The translations under genes were made by a program, and so were the position numbers. A DNA stretch of 64,000 nucleotides. Source: Camelus dromedarius. Its lineage: Eukaryota. The notes under the pieces are model-generated. The model did no database searches. It was given only the letters and a program-made list of their open reading frames with translations, and was not told the origin of the DNA. Numbering within the stretch: position 1 is the stretch's first letter; every line of letters starts with the position of its first letter. Below, one piece after another: positions 49,981 to 64,000 of this stretch. The stretch lies in NCBI RefSeq assembly GCF_036321535.1, contig NC_087437.1, positions 3,596,001 through 3,660,000 on the forward strand. Direction: 5' to 3'.

Positions 49981-50368
49981 GAGCACCTGAAGGCTACTCT
50001 CTTGGCAAACTTCAGGTGTACAGTGCAGTACTGTTATCCATGGTCACCAGGCTGTATTTTAGAACCCTAGACTTGTTCATCTTATAACTGAAAGTATTTT
50101 ATATTTGCATAATTCATGTAGACAGGTTTGTCAGTGTGGCTGTGTTGAAATCTGTGTTTAGTTTAGGGTCACCATTGGAAACATATTTGGTTCACATTGT
50201 TGATATGAACAATAAAACAATCTACTAATTCATGTCCAGGTAGAAGCAGACAATTATATGTTTGGGAAGGTAGGAACCATGGACTATTTGGCTGACTCTA
50301 TTAGCTATTAAGGGAGGCACAGGAGCAATCCAAGTGAAAGAAACAAAAGGAGCAGCTTCCCCTAAACC

Positions 50369-50396
50369 CCTGGTCCTGGTCCTGGTCCTGGTCCTG
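50369..50396. repeat. (CCTGGT)4.7 hexamer repeat
   Basis: Direct reading. Confidence 0.9.
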
Positions 50397-52559
50397 TGCT
50401 GGATAAAATTCACCTTTCCAGCCATGTGATTGCCAGAAAATCACTTCACCTCTCTGGGGTCTGGTTTCCTCATCTACAGTAAAATATAACTAAAAAGTAA
50501 GAATCCACTTCTTGAAAAAAGATGGGGGCTTGTTTAGAGGACACAGGAGCCAAGCTGAAGGGGCCCCAATAGTCAAAGTTGGACCACTTTGAGAAACAGA
50601 ATTTATAATGACAACATTGGGTTATAACCCATTGAATAAAATAAATATCCATGAGTCTGTACTGATATAAATAATGGAATAAATACATAAATAGAGGAAA
50701 AGGAACAGTGGAACAGCTCTTCCTTACGGGAGAATCCCAATTAGTAGATGTAGAAAGAATGAGGGAAATACATTATCAGCATTAGATGAACCCCACAGTA
50801 AAAAGGGCTCCAGGCAATCGCCACTGAAAAACACTAAAATCAGAGTGTGCCGCTTGAAGAGAAACAGGATAGAAGGTCACTCAGGGACCAAGAAGAACAG
50901 GTGGGGCAACTTTCAGGCGTAGCAGCACCCAGCTGGGGCTGGGTGGCCTAAGTAGAAACCCACACCCACCTCCGGGGCCAGACCCCTGTTCTCGGGTCTG
51001 GACCCCATCTTGGCTCAGTGCTCGGCAAACACTGACGTAAGATTCCTTTAAGACTGTTTTCTGTTTCCACACTAACCATTTTCTCTTTGGGGCGGTTCTC
51101 AGCCCTGGCTGCCCCTTAGAATCACTTGGAGAGCTTTCAGAAATCCTGATGCCTGAGTCATATCCCAGATCAATTACATCCCACTTTCGGGAGGAGGTGT
51201 CAGACCTCAGGAGTGGGAGAGCCCTGCAGGTGACTCCAGGGTGCAGCCGGGCCGAGCACGAGCATTACACTGATGGAACGTTGTTCAGCTGAGTTGACAT
51301 TCCTGCACAGGAACCAGACCAGTCCAACCTCTCCTGCCTTCTGCCCTGATTGTCTTCTCTCCTGAAGGTCTGTGATCTCATCCTTTCTCTACTGTGTCTC
51401 CTAGCTCAAAGCCCAGGTTCCTGGGGCTGCATCATCCACATGCAGGCAGAATCTCACAGGTCTCTAGTGCAGTACATAGTCAGGTGCACCAGCAAAATAG
51501 GGGGGGAACAAAGTGCCTTTGACATACATGATGGATAGAAGGATCCAATATTTTGTCTTTTACCACCGGCGTTTGACAGAAATAAGGTGGGAGGCAGCTG
51601 GAAGCAAGAGGTAAAGAATTCGTCAGAAGAAAAGACATCTCCTGAGTACTAACTTTTTTGTGGCTCACTACATGGGTTCATGACGTGACATAAAAATGAA
51701 TCAGAAAAAGATCAGTTTCACCCACTGAGAGTCTGAGATGGATTATACTATGCGTAATGTCTGGAGTGTCATGGAGATAAAATGCTATGAGAATTGGGGG
51801 TGGGTGGGGAGTGATTCCTGCTAGGGCATTATGGAGTCTTGCAGAAGAGGAGGTGTTTCAGCTGGGCCTGGGAGGACAGGTGGGACTGAAGATGTGGGGC
51901 CAGGAGGGAGGACCTTCTGAAAGGGAAGGCCCAGGCGCAGACGGAGAGGTGGAACTGGGGCAGGGGGACAGGGAACAGCAGGCAGTCCCATTTACCCTGG
52001 CTGGAGGCAAACTGAAGTTGCCAATATTGAAATCTCCTGCCACTTGGGTAGTTTGGGAACTACTCCCCATCCAAGATTTGGGTAGATCTTGACAAGAAGT
52101 TGTGGGAATTGGGTTATTTGCTTTTTACATAATCTGATGTGATGTGTCCACAGGGTTGGGTGGTGGATATAGCAGCCTCATGAATGCATTCCTATGTGTC
52201 TATTTCAATTTTGCAAGGCTCCAGGTCAAATTACAGAAGAGGAAACTTGAAGATTAAAAAACCCAGCTACATCAATGGTGATAGCATTTTCCTATGAGGT
52301 GCAAGTCTGGCCATCTGCCATTTCCACTGTTATTATTTTAGCTCAATGAAGAGAGGGTAACGCCAGGCTTTTGTGAGTTAAGAGCAAATCTGGGTCCGAA
52401 GACGAGAAATATCTCTGTTAGCAGCAAGAACAGAGCAACCGCACATGTCACTGCTCCAGAATCAAGGAAGCGGGCCCACCGCTCAGCAGGTGGAGCCAGC
52501 AAACCCCACGGCTGCTCCCTGGTCACCATGGCAACACCCTGAGTTGCAGCTCAGCTGTG

Positions 52560-53190
52560 GAGACCACCGGCACTTAAACCATAACGCAGTGGTGCTGGAT
52601 GGGGTCCTGCACGAGAAAAAATGTTCTTATAGAAGTGCTCCAAACATAATTGGAACAATTGCGCTAAATTTGATGTGGACTATGGATGAGATGGGTGGTT
52701 CTCAAACTTCAGTGGGCTTCAGTCTCAAAACACAGATTGCCAGACCCCACCCCCGGATTTCTGATTCAGCATGGCTGGGTGGAGGCTGAGATTCTGCATC
52801 TCTAACTAAAGCTCCTGAACACTGCTGCTGCCGCTGCCGCTCTGGGATCACACACTGAGAACCGCGGGGTTACGCACGAGCGTTCCATCAGTGCTGGTTC
52901 CCAGACTTTGATCTCTGGGCTGGAGTTAAGTTAAGGAAATGTTCTTGGCCTTAGAAAATACAGCAAAATTTAGCACAAAGGGGCATCATGTCTGCAACTT
53001 ACTCCCAAATGGTTTAGGGAAAAATAGATAAGATGACTAAATAGAATAGTAAAGCAAATGTGGAAAAATGATAACAATTGGTAAATCTGGACAAAATGTA
53101 TATGGGAGTTCACTGTGTTGTGTTAACTTTTCTGGTAGATTAAAATTACATTAAAATTAAAAATTAGAAAGTAGTATAAGGAAAGAAAGT
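52560..53190 (+). mobile_element. L1MC-like 3' UTR remnant interrupted by a MER5A-like element (~52690-52870)
   Basis: CATCATGTCTGCAACTTACTCCCAAATGGTT L1 motif; GTGGTTCTCAAACTT...ATTCTGCATCTCTAAC...CACACTGAGAACC MER5A motif. Confidence 0.7.
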
Positions 53191-53204
53191 TACCGCTTAG
53201 CATC

Positions 53205-53415
53205 TAGGTCTGTTCAATCTGGTAGACACAAGCTACACTGGTCACTTAAATTTAAATTAATTAAAATTAAATAGAATTCACCATCCAGCTCCTCAGTCAC
53301 ACTAGCCACACTTCAGCAAGTGCTAAAGAGTCATCTGTGACCAGCAGCTGCCGTACTGGACAGCACAAGTACAGAACACTGCCATCATCACAGAGTCCCC
53401 TGGACAGCACTGACC
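53205..53415. mobile_element. MER33/MER3-like hAT relic
   Basis: TTAAATTTAAATTAATTAAAATTAAATA...CTCAGTCACACTAGCCACA...TGGACAGCACTG. Confidence 0.75.
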
Positions 53416-54830
53416 ACAGTGAGAGATATTCCAAGACCAGGAGTCTTGGGAAATTCAGTGTGCCCAGAGCAGTGGCAGACGCAGCGTTAACAGTCCGGAG
53501 CAATAGGAGTTGGGGGTTTCCCAGGTAAGACAGTGTACCAACTGAGCGGGGCTGTGAGGAGAGGGCAGTACACGTTTTGCGTGGCCCAGTGACACAGCTG
53601 CCGGAGTAGCTGCGCACCGTCAGCACTCCGCACACCTCATCACTTTACTGACTTTCCCAGCAGTCCACTGGATGGAGAAGTACACCTCCAAATGTCCTGG
53701 CTCTATTTTTTCCCCTCGCTTTCCTCTAAGTAGAGGAGGAAAAGACAGGCTGGGAAACACCCAGCAAGGCTGAGCTGGGGAGACTGTCCCAAAGGGGAAC
53801 AGCCTAGACTTGGACCGTGCCAAACGTGCAGATATTCTAACTTGGCCACTGGTTTCATGTTGATGACCCTCCAGCCAACATGGAAAGCAAAGCCAGGCTG
53901 GCCTTTGTCATTCTCTTCACTCCTTCCGAGGTGCTTCTCCTCCGCCTGCTTCTTCTCTCCTTCGTCTCAGACACAAAGCACCCTCTGGCTGTCCAGAGGT
54001 TCTGGCCCAAACCGGCCCGCCTCCCACTCTAAAGAGCATCTTCTCTTCCAGCATCATGTCTTTTGGGCCCAGCAACACGCAGGTGATGAACTAAATACAT
54101 TCTAAGGTATGACTAGAACCTCCGAGGTGCATTCGGCCAACGCCGGCTCTCAGAACGTTCTGGGAGACACTATCTGAGCAAGGTCATGCTTAGGTATTCT
54201 CTTTCTGGCCCAACTCTTGTGACTGTGCTCTACCCAACCTCTCAGGTGTGAACGCACAGACCCATGTGACAGCCGTGCCTGTCAGCTGCTGTCGCTAGCT
54301 CCTGTCTAAGCAGCTTCATACTCCATGGAAAACTGCAAGTACCTGAAGCCATAAATCACAACTCACTGAGTGTGAAGGATTTGCTTGGGGAAAATGAGCC
54401 TTATTTCCATCTGCCAGTTTCCACTAGGGGAAAAGAACACAGAGCTAGGACCCAGGACTCAGGAGGTGCAGCTCTGCTCCATCTAGGCCTCTGCTATGGC
54501 ACTTAAATGTCCATCTCATCACTGGACCAGGGTAGGCAGCTTGGAGGATGCACCCACCGACACACACACTTGTTGGAGCATTCTTCTGCAGCAGTGTCTC
54601 CTTCAAATGTATTCATTCTGAATTTTCCAAAAAAGAGAAGCCCTTCATCAGAAACAAGTTTTGGCAATCACCAAGAGATGATCATGCTCCACTGCTAGAC
54701 ACAGCATCCCAGGTCCTTACAGTTGAGTTTGTGGTTTGATCATGAAACTTGTGAGATATCTCTGTACAGACAGCTTTTTACTATCAAACAGATCTCTATT
54801 AAGGTTTCAGAAAGAGAAGCAGAGCCTCAC

Positions 54831-54996
54831 CTCACAGTACTCTGTGATAATGCAGAAGTTATCCTGTTCCACAAAGCTTGCATGGAACTTGACAATAGTT
54901 GGGTGGTCCAGCTTGGAGAGGAGCTGGGCCTCCAAACTGGCCTGCACAGTCTCGTTTGGATTGAGTTCTCCCACACAGATTTCCTTCAGTACCTTT
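54831..54996 (-). CDS. NEK11: NEK11 exon A (166 nt): catalytic Lys, alphaC, hinge
   Basis: Acceptor T15-ATGCAG|A, donor GAG|GTGAGG. Encodes KVLKEICVGELNPNETVQASLEAQLLSKLDHPTIVKFHASFVEQDNFCIITEYCE. Confidence 0.96.
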
Positions 54997-55269
54997 CTGC
55001 ATAAAAAAAAAAAAAAATTAAAAAGTACACTTAGAACTAAAAAATACATGCAAGAGATAAGAACAGTGGTGCAGGGCCACCTAATTAATGCCCAGGCTGT
55101 GACCCAACCCATATGTCTGCTATCGCCTGCCGTGACACTGTGACTCCTGGTGGCCCCCAGGCCTGCCTCTCTGTCCTGGGCAGTGACCTCCACATCTGCA
55201 GCTCCACAGTCCTGGTCAAACAGGGCAGGGGTGGAGCTGATCTTGCCGAAAAAGCCGAGGTGGCTACCC

Positions 55270-55525
55270 CTCTGTCTCTCTAGATTTGTCTGTTTGTTGC
55301 TGTCTCTCGGTGTGTCTCCTCTCTCCTTGTCTGTTTTCCTCTGTTTCTGTCTGCTTTTCTCTCTCTCTCTCTCTTCCTATCTCGGTGTCTCTGTCTCTGT
55401 CTATCTTTCTCTATATATACATGTGTGTGTGAATATAATGTAATATAAACATAAAATCTGTCACTGTCTCTCTGTCTCTGTCTTTCTCTGACTCTCTCTG
55501 CCTCTGTGTATGTATAAATGCACAT
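55270..55525. repeat. CT-rich low-complexity/degenerate dinucleotide tract
   Basis: Runs of TCTCTG, CT, TA and TG. Confidence 0.8.
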
Positions 55526-56019
55526 GCTCTAAAATTTTCCAAATTTATCAACTTAATATCTACAGAATCAATATCTACTTATTTCTTTTTAAAACTGTCC
55601 TTGGCATATCATACTTTACTGCTACCAGTAGTCTGGAGAAGAAAAAAAAATCTAAAAACGTTGACAGAGGTATTTAGGATCTCAAGCATGTACAAATGGA
55701 ACAAGAGCTTATTAAATCTCTAAATTATTAATTTAAAAATTGTGATAACTCAATGAGGAGTAGACCAAAACGTTATTTCTCTCATCTAAGGAAAGCAATA
55801 GTCTGATGAACAAACCAATTACAGTGCCACGGTGTAAACAGATTGCCAGGGAGAAGCACTTTAGAGCAGCAATTACTAGCGCAGACAGATCCTGCTGATT
55901 GTAAGTGAGCCTAGCTGTTCATTAAGATGCATTCTGCAGGACCCAAACTAGAAAACATTTTGTAATAACATTCTTTAAGAGTTTCATACTCACACCTATG
56001 CATGTTAATAAAAATGTGC

Positions 56020-56690
56020 GTATAGTAGAAACTCTTGTCATTAAAGGCCCTTTAACCACCTGCCAGGTTAGTCAGTCCTGCCGTCCTTTCTAACAGATGC
56101 TGCCGGTCGCCCTCTCCCCGGGGGTGCCCGTGACCTCTGGGCGCCTGGACCGGCTTCCGGTTGAGATGCTCACCCAAGTCACTGCGACTACTCCCAAACT
56201 GTGTACACTGGCTGTACCCACCGCTGTGAATGTGTGACTTAAATCTAACAAGCTGATGAAGAATGAGTGTCAGTTGTCTTTGCTAGGAAAACTAAGTCAA
56301 ATGCTCACCAAAAAACTCAATAATGGCAAGTTGTAAAAACAAAAATTGCTGTTAAGTAAATAACTGACAAGACAGTTCTAAAAACATTGGTTGAAAAAAA
56401 TGTAAAAATCTAGTATTCTGAACTGAGATGCTGAATTGTCATTCCACTTCAAAGAAGGTAAATTTGGAAGACATAATCAGCTTACTATGGATGTAGTTAA
56501 TGCAAGAAAAATGAAGGGGCCTCTAATTGGAGGACACTAGATGTCGGCTGCACATCAAAACATCAGAGAAAACGTACAATGATATGTTTTAAGTTGACAG
56601 AAGCATTTTTGTTGTGTCATTTCATTTTAAACCTGTTTCCTCTATTTACCAAGGCCCAGCCCCAATCACGCTGGACAGAAGGGCTCCACC
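56020..56690. mobile_element. Possible Tigger-family DNA transposon relic
   Basis: AGTAGAAACTC start and degraded transposase-N-terminus-like A-rich segment; recognised by eye only. Confidence 0.35.
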
Positions 56691-59600
56691 ACCCTTAAAA
56701 ACGTGACCATAGGCTACACCTTCCCTTAATTCAGAGCCTCTCCCTCTGGTTGTCTCACGGGGGAAGGAAAGTCGTTTCCTCGGGCAAAACTTGACTCACA
56801 GTTGTTTCTTCTCTCAGCTCAGGGCCGGAAGCGCTGAGGCTGCGGGCAGCGCAGGGCTGTGTGGTTTCCACCTGCTCCACTTCTTGGGGGCACAACCTCA
56901 CAAAAATTCTAGGTTAGACAATCTGTCGTGGAAGCTGAGATCCTAAGTAGGAAAACTCAGAAAGTGCTCTTATTCTACTTTGGTTTGGGTAACATCTGGC
57001 TTCTTCTCCTGACCCATAACAGCTGTGCTAAGTTGCCATTCACCCAAATCTCATCAGGGCAACCTTCTACTCTAAGATGACCATTTTGGGGTTATCAATT
57101 TTCCTAAGACTCGAGTCCTTTGACATTTTATTCATTTTAGGTGTTTTTCATGGGTTCCCATCCTGAACTCGCCCCGCTCCCCGCCAGAAGACAACCACAG
57201 CCGCACTGCTGGTCCCACCCAGGGCCAGCCACACTGGGCCCTGCACCCGCACCTCCCAGCATGCTGTCACTCACAGGTGACAACCACACCTGCGATTTAG
57301 AAAGTTGGAGTCTTTGGCTCCCTTTCCTTAACGAGGCTCCCACATTGGCTTTGTTAGGTCTTGAACGCCCTGTCAGGCCCCTACATGACAATGAAGTGGA
57401 TTCCAGAGAAATGTCTGCTTGGTAACATGTTCTAGAGAGGCTGTTCCACCAAGAAACTGGTTAAAAATGACCTCATGCTACTGAGAGTTGTGTCTCAGGC
57501 TGTTTCCTATAGTAAAAGGAGGCTGAAATGACAAACATAATTACGATTTCTGTAACTTCTGAAGGTGACAAAGCAGCAGGCCGGGCTCCGTGACACCTTC
57601 ATCACACTTCTGTGGTCACGTACTGCACCCCAGCCGACGTGCGGCTGTAAAAGTCACAGTGGTTATTAAGCGTGGCAACACAACGCCTTACACCAACCTG
57701 CAATATTCTCTTGCTGTGAAGGAACAAATGCTATAAAAAGCTTCACGATACTTATTTTTCCTTGCAAACAGCAACTGTTGTGCAACAGAGCGTGGGATTT
57801 TACAGACAGCATAAAACCTCATTTGCCCACAGCCTCGCAGACGGAGGTCGGGCAGTGAAGGCAGGTGATGGCGAACATAACCATCTCCAGCTGACGCGGA
57901 GACCTTCCACCTTCTGTACCTAAAGTGGTGTCGGGAACTGGCAGAGGAAACTCTCCTTGCATGCCACGTAACGCGAGCTCCCATCAGCCAAAGGCAAGGA
58001 CAGCTTGTCCCCTGCTCAGTGACTCACAGCCTGTCACCCACTCCTAAATAACACGACAGGAATTTCCGGCATTGGAACTTCAGCTGTTTGGGAGAAACTT
58101 TTCGTCAGCAGCAAAAACAAGTATCCCTGCAGACTCACTCATTTTGCAAACTTTCTGTTATTTCCCAAGTGGCATGCTTCTTTCTAGAATGAGTGGTGAA
58201 CTGACAAACTCTGGAGAGTGGCTGGAAATTTGGGATAACTATAGCTGATTTCATTCCCTTAAAACTGGTCCACCTTTCATACAAATGGGGCAGATGATAT
58301 CTTTGAGATGTTAAGGGTTGTTTTTCCCCAAATTCCTTGTATCTGTTCACATTTCCCCCATTGAACCAGTAGCATAGGCCACCTCAGGAAAAAGATGACA
58401 TCACAAACTACGGAAAAGGAGAGTTGAATCCCTGGCTTTGGATTTTCCAAAGGAGGGACCAAGGCCAGAGAGAAAAGATCTGGAGGAAATCCTGAGCAGT
58501 GGGGTGAGTGTCCTCCTGCCCCACGCTGAGAGAGAGACCCTCTGGACCAGATGAAGGGGAGCCAAGAAAATCAGGCCCCCCAGGCCGGGGCCAGAGGGGT
58601 AGGAGCAGAACTCCAAGCTGGGTGTGGGAGCCCGGGAGCAGAAGACCCGCTGTCTTTCCAAAGCAGGCCACGGAAAATAGCGGAAGCCGCACATGTTCTT
58701 GTGTCCAGCAAGGGGTAGGAGTGAAAAAAAGGTCTCGAAAGGGCAAGTAAACCAAGGGGCCTAACAGTTCTGGAATCTCCATTGAGGAGTGAAGCAGCAG
58801 AATGATGTCCCACGCGGCTCCGACCATCTCCGGGGGGCCCGTGAGCCGGTGAGACTGGAAGAGATAACCAGGTGCAGTCACTTACCCTGTGGTGTCACCA
58901 TTAACAATCATGCAGATACTAAGTACCTACTGTGTGCCTCCAGTGTAGCAGGCTCTGAGGATTTGTGACCCCTGCCCTGTGTCTACTGGGGAAGACAAGT
59001 AGTAAACAGGTAAGTGTGCACAACTGTGTGTACAGGTGTATGTTTGTATTTTTTAAAACTTCAAATTGAGACAAATGCTCTGAAGTTAGGTAAATGATGT
59101 CTGAGGCCCTCCTGATTTAAGCTGCGACGACTCTAACTGGGTCAGCAGCTACTGCACCCACTGAGGGCAAAGCCACAGGAGGCAGACTTTAATCTCAGCT
59201 TCACAAGACAGTAATTTTTTCACTTAAAAACAATTCAGTATTCACTTGTTTAACAGATTATTAAATCTGCTCAGGACTTATAGGGCAGAGTTTTCATCCA
59301 TCTAGCAGGGGAGCAATTATTTTAACGAGTCCTTAAAGCAGTAAACTCTCATTTTTTTTTCTAATTTACAAGGAAATATATAGCTTTGTCATAAAAAAGC
59401 CTGGAAACAAAACATAACCCACAAACCACCACAGAGATCATCAGCCGACCATCACTTTGTGCATTTCTTTCCCATCCTTTTGTACTCAGTTTTTTGATAC
59501 CAGCACCAGTTACACCGTCTTGCCAGCTGCTGTTTTCACAGGATGTTAATTATCAGAGCAGACCCTGCCGTCGAGGCTGCCCAGTGTCTTCAGGCAGCCC

Positions 59601-61554
59601 CCCACCCTATGCTGTAGGAGACTCCTGGTTTGGGTCCGAGCTTCCCTTGATGGATAAAAGCAACAGATAACAAACAACTCCTCCAGCCCCCCACCTTCCC
59701 TGAGCTGGGGGCAGGGTGGGACCTAGGTTCTGCCATTTGACTGCAGCACCCCGGCCCCTGCCTTGGTGCGGGCTGTGCGGAGGGGCAGGGTGGGCACAGG
59801 CCTTTCACTAGCGCGGTGTCATGGGAAACAGCATGGTCCTGGCACAGTGGCAGCAGGCGTGGCCGCTTCCCTGGCGTGGTCCTGGCTGAAGCCCCTGGAC
59901 ATCCAGCCTGCAGCTGGCCCTGGGCCCTCCAGCTGCTGCTGAGAGCCACCTGTGCAACAGGCCACTGATGTGTGCCCTGGGAGTCCTGACCCACACGGTG
60001 ACATGACACATGAGCACTGGCAGATGTCCCCGGGAAGCGCTCACTATAAACACGTTGAGGTGATGAAAACAGAACCTCCAAAAATTTGACTCATTTGGGT
60101 TAATTTTTATTTATGTATTCAAATCCTAAAACCTAGCATCTTCTAAGGGATTTAAGGCCAAAGCTTTTTTTCCCTCCATTAATGGGTAGAAATATCATGA
60201 GAGTAGAAAAACATCCTTTTAAAAGTTACTTAATCCCCTTTAAGATGACATATAACTTTGATGTGTAAAGGGACATGGAAAAATGGCAGAATGACAGAGA
60301 GTGGTATTTATTCCCCAAAGTGGCACATAAATGAAAAATGGAAAAGCCAGGACTGAAAGGTATCTAAAGGAGTAGCTGAAAAAAATGTAGATGTTGGTGG
60401 AGAGTATGCTACACATGGAATTTTATTTTATTTCAGTTGTTTTTCCTTCTCTCAGCAATTCAAAGACCTATTTTTAAAGTCTGTGGTCAGAGAAAAGGAC
60501 AAAATTATTTTACGGAGCATCACCATACACGTCATCTACGAGCTGCTCTTGTTTTTAACAATCACATCTCTGATCCCAGCTCACCTGGGGGCAAAAGCTC
60601 TGACTCATCTGGTCTCTTGCCCTCCACCCCTGACCACAAGCATGCTGCAGCATTTCTGGACACAGCAGGGGCTCAAATGACATCACGGTAGAGTGCAGGG
60701 ACAGCAAGTCTCAGGCTCCCACGGCGGACACCAGCGCTTAAGGAGCGAATTCCTTCCGCTGAGCCTGACTTCAGACTCCACACAAGGTTCCCAGCAGCCA
60801 CTGTCAAATACCTTAACACGGAAAATTCCACACTTGTCTTACTTCACCATCTGCTGACTGCCTTTGGTATGCCACATGCATACCATGTTCTGAGGATACA
60901 AAGATGAAAAAGATACAACTCCTGCCCTCCAAGAAAGCCCGGTCTCAAGGGGAAGGTCAACAAGTATACAGACAGTGGAACAGCTTCACGACCAGTGCAG
61001 TGACAGAGCCAGGGATGCGGGGAGGTTCCTAACCCTCCTCTGAGGAGAGAAGGTGTGCAGACTAGAGCCCAGGACAGCCACTTGTGCACACGGAAATCAC
61101 TCTGTAGGAAACTGAGCTGCCTCCCCACCAGGGACTCCAAGTAGCAAAAGAAGTGAATTTATCATTCTTTACTATTTATCCTGTATTAACCAATAGCCAG
61201 TAGAGAGATATCTGTATTTGCATTACTTGAATAGGCTACGGAAGTTAATAAGCATGTGACTTTTCTAGAAACGAAAACTACTTTCAATATCTATACACCA
61301 TTCTTTGTAGTAACACAGAGACACACACAACTACAGTGTCAATTATGGAATGTGGGATGAAAATGCTACAGGGAGAGGTGCTTTTTAAAAGATCTATAGA
61401 ACTAGTGGCTCACAAATCACTCCTTCCTTCCTTCCTCCCCTCCAGTTTGTCTATCTCAATTTTTATCCAAAAAAAGCATTTAAGCTTTATATAACAAGAG
61501 TTAAAAAAAATGTGCAGAAACCTCTCACTGAGCCATGCTCTGCTCTAGAGGACA

Positions 61555-61975
61555 TGCTTAGTTTGGGGTCTCCAGGAAGTAACTCCTGAGACAAGGATTT
61601 GAAGCAGGTAATCAACGCAGGCAGTGGGAGGGCAGGGGAGGGGGGTGCAGTGAAGGGAGGGAAGCCACTCAAGGGCATGTCACCACCCAGTCCCCACTGT
61701 GGGCACCAGGGCTTAGCTCTGCGCAGGAGCTCTGAGGGCAGGTACAGTACACATCTCTGGGCCCCCTGCCTGAGAGGCAAGGACCACTCCCTTCACCCAC
61801 TGGCTCAGGCTGCTCCCCGAGAGTATTAACTCCCCCACTGCTCTGCCCACCTGGGGCACAGAGGGCCTGACAGCCAGAGAGAAGCCTCAGGCAGAACTGG
61901 CCGTGCAAGGTCCACGTATAGGAAATACTACTCACCCAGGGTATACAGGTAGGGCCCCAGCACCATCTTCCACAG
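61555..61975 (-). mobile_element. ERVL LTR (LTR33-like)
   Basis: CCTGAGACAAGGATTTGA...CCACTGTGGGCACC...GGCTGCTCCCCGAGAGTATTAACTCCC...CAGCACCATCTTCCACA. Confidence 0.65.
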
Positions 61976-63164
61976 GGATGAAAATAAAGGAAATTTCCTC
62001 CATTTTCAGTTCTGATCTATTTTATCTACACTCCTGAAGATGGCTAGGATATAGTGATTCCTACTGAATAACAAAATTACAGATCAAGGATAATCTACAG
62101 ATAAATTCCATTTCCTGTGGCCATTCAAGATTTACTTTATAAACACATTAGCGGCATATAGGAGTATTATGTACAGATAGTAAGCAAAAAATAATTAGTA
62201 ATAAATAACAGTACAGATAAAACACAGAGAACAAATAAGAGTAGAACTATCTCAAACACTTTCCTTTGGCAAATATGCTATTCCTGGCTCTTGTCTAGGT
62301 TATATTTTCATCTGTGGTGACAACTTCCATGTGGTGTTTCAATGCTGGTACCGTAACAAATTATGCACGTTGCCTTTTATTTTTAAGGAACAGAAAAGAG
62401 TACATAGAAATTTCAGGAGTAGGAGTTTTGAAGACAAATATTGCCTGAATAAAAAATATCTAATAATCTTGTGAATTCAGTGGCTCTTCCCATCTGTATC
62501 AACTCAAAACACAGAAAAGGCTAGACGCAGAGCTGCTGCTCCTGGGAGGTTCTCTGCAGAGAATCTGGTGTGGATGCAGGAACTGGCTTCAGGATGGACC
62601 ACATCCAGCCCTCTGCCGGGGAGCTCCTTGGAGATCATGTGGGAAAGAGGTAAAGCGTCTAACTGCTCTGTTGTGCAGTCAAAGGCTCCCAGGGCTTGAC
62701 AGAAGAGGCTACAGCCAAGCCAAGAAACCCACGGGTGAGTCAGTAGTTAGCTAAGCGGCAGGCCGCAAGGTCGGCATTTGTTCTGGCAGCGCTGGGAGGC
62801 CTCTGTGTCTGTGCCTTCACCACCCGGCGGCCGTGTCCTCCCATGTCTAAATCGCAGTCCCTACAGGAGCTACGGGGACTGCCCCGTGAAGAAGTTCCCT
62901 GAGAACAAACTGCCCTTCCCTCTCCTTTTAGCCAAAAATGAGTAGCTGCCCTTTTTGGTGAGCAGCTTTCTGGATCTTCTTTCTAGAGACTTAAAGTTCT
63001 CTTTACACCAGGGGTGGAATGAGTCAACTCTAGTTTCCCCTCAAAGCCAGTTAGGGCTCCCTCGCTGCCCCCTCCACCCCAGACAAACGGTCAGACAGCT
63101 CTGCTTTTCTCACTTATATGGATGAACAAAGTCACTAAATGTTATGGCTTAATATTTCAATATT

Positions 63165-63765
63165 TGTGTTTCTATACACCAGTAACTATCAGATAATGAA
63201 ATTAAGAAAATAACCCCATTGCAATTGCATCAAAAAGAATAAAATTTGTAGGAATAGATTTAACCAAGGAAAGGAAAGACCTGTACACTGAAAACTCCAA
63301 GACATTGATTAAAGAAATTGATGAAGACACAGAAATGGAAAGATATCCCATGCTCATGGATGAGGAGAATTAATATTGTTAAAATATCCATACTATCAAA
63401 GTCAATCTACAGATTCAGTGCAATCCCTATCAAAATTCCAATGGCATTTTTTCACAGAAATAGAACAAAAAATTTCAAAATTTGTATTTAACTGCAGAAG
63501 ACCCAAAATAGCCAAAGCAGCCTTGAGGGGAAAAAAAAAAAAAGATGAAGGCATCATGCTTCCTGATTTCAAACTATATTACACAGCAGTAGTAATCAAA
63601 ACAAAATGGCATTGACATAAGCACTGACAACAGATCAATGGAACAGGGTGGAGAGAGTCCAGATATAAACCCAATCATATGTAGTCAATTAATTTACAGC
63701 AAAGAAGCCAAGAATATACGATGGAGAAGACAGGCTCTTCAATAAATGGTACTGGGAAAACTGAA
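63165..63765 (+). mobile_element. L1 ORF2 internal fragment
   Basis: ATGGAAAGATATCCCATGCTCATGGAT; peptide remnant [49 protein letters not shown]. Confidence 0.9.
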
Positions 63766-64000
63766 AAAAAAAAAAGGAGACACTGATGGCCGTCTCCCAT
63801 CTACCCACACCTCCACCACCACACACTCTGGAGAAGAGGAAGGACCCTCCCAGACCCTGGGGAGCATCACAGGTGACCTAAGCCCAGCATGGAATCCTAC
63901 TCCCCCATCAGTGACCAGTCTAGACATGCGTTGCACCCTGGCCTGGGAGATGGGAGGAGATGTCTCCGGAGGGTTTTCTGGGAAAGATGTTACTCACTGA

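Larger units (their letters stand above)
2599..54996 (-). other. NEK11: NEK11 gene, internal part (9 coding exons, 5' and 3' ends outside window)
   Basis: Nine exons join with consistent phases and GT-AG ends into one ORF: KVLKEI...EYCEGRDL...HRDLK...DFG...GTPHYMSPE...KSDIWSL...LRPSAIEIL...RERMRLRK...DVLH. This matches my recollection of human NEK11 residues ~58-392. Confidence 0.96.

Noticed and set aside
51268..52893. 13-bp inverted match CACTGATGGAACG / CGTTCCATCAGTG
   Set aside because: Short, no TSD, and one copy lies within an L1 remnant; compatible with chance.
55000..64000. Search for the NEK11 first coding exon (GxGxxG loop) or promoter CpG island
   Set aside because: Neither seen; they presumably lie beyond the window end.

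Overview
Mammalian (eukaryotic) genomic DNA, most likely a camelid judging by the tRNA-derived SINE family. The window lies inside the NEK11 (NIMA-related kinase 11) gene on the minus strand. Nine internal coding exons (labelled A-I here; 54996 down to 2599) splice in frame with GT-AG junctions and encode most of the kinase domain plus the start of the coiled-coil region. The start and stop exons are outside the window. The rest is intron filled with L1, MIR, L2, ERV/MaLR LTRs, hAT/Tigger DNA-transposon relics, four SINEs and simple repeats. No prokaryote-type system (CRISPR, operon) is present and no new biological system is demonstrated. The best lead is a sense-oriented solo LTR nested in a palindromic MER96B-like element, which on paper supplies a promoter, AUG, open frame and strong in-frame donor just upstream of the first post-kinase exon. 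A 90-nt stop-free in-frame intron is the second lead. Repeat family names and comparisons with human NEK11 are from memory, not from searches, and old-repeat boundaries are approximate.
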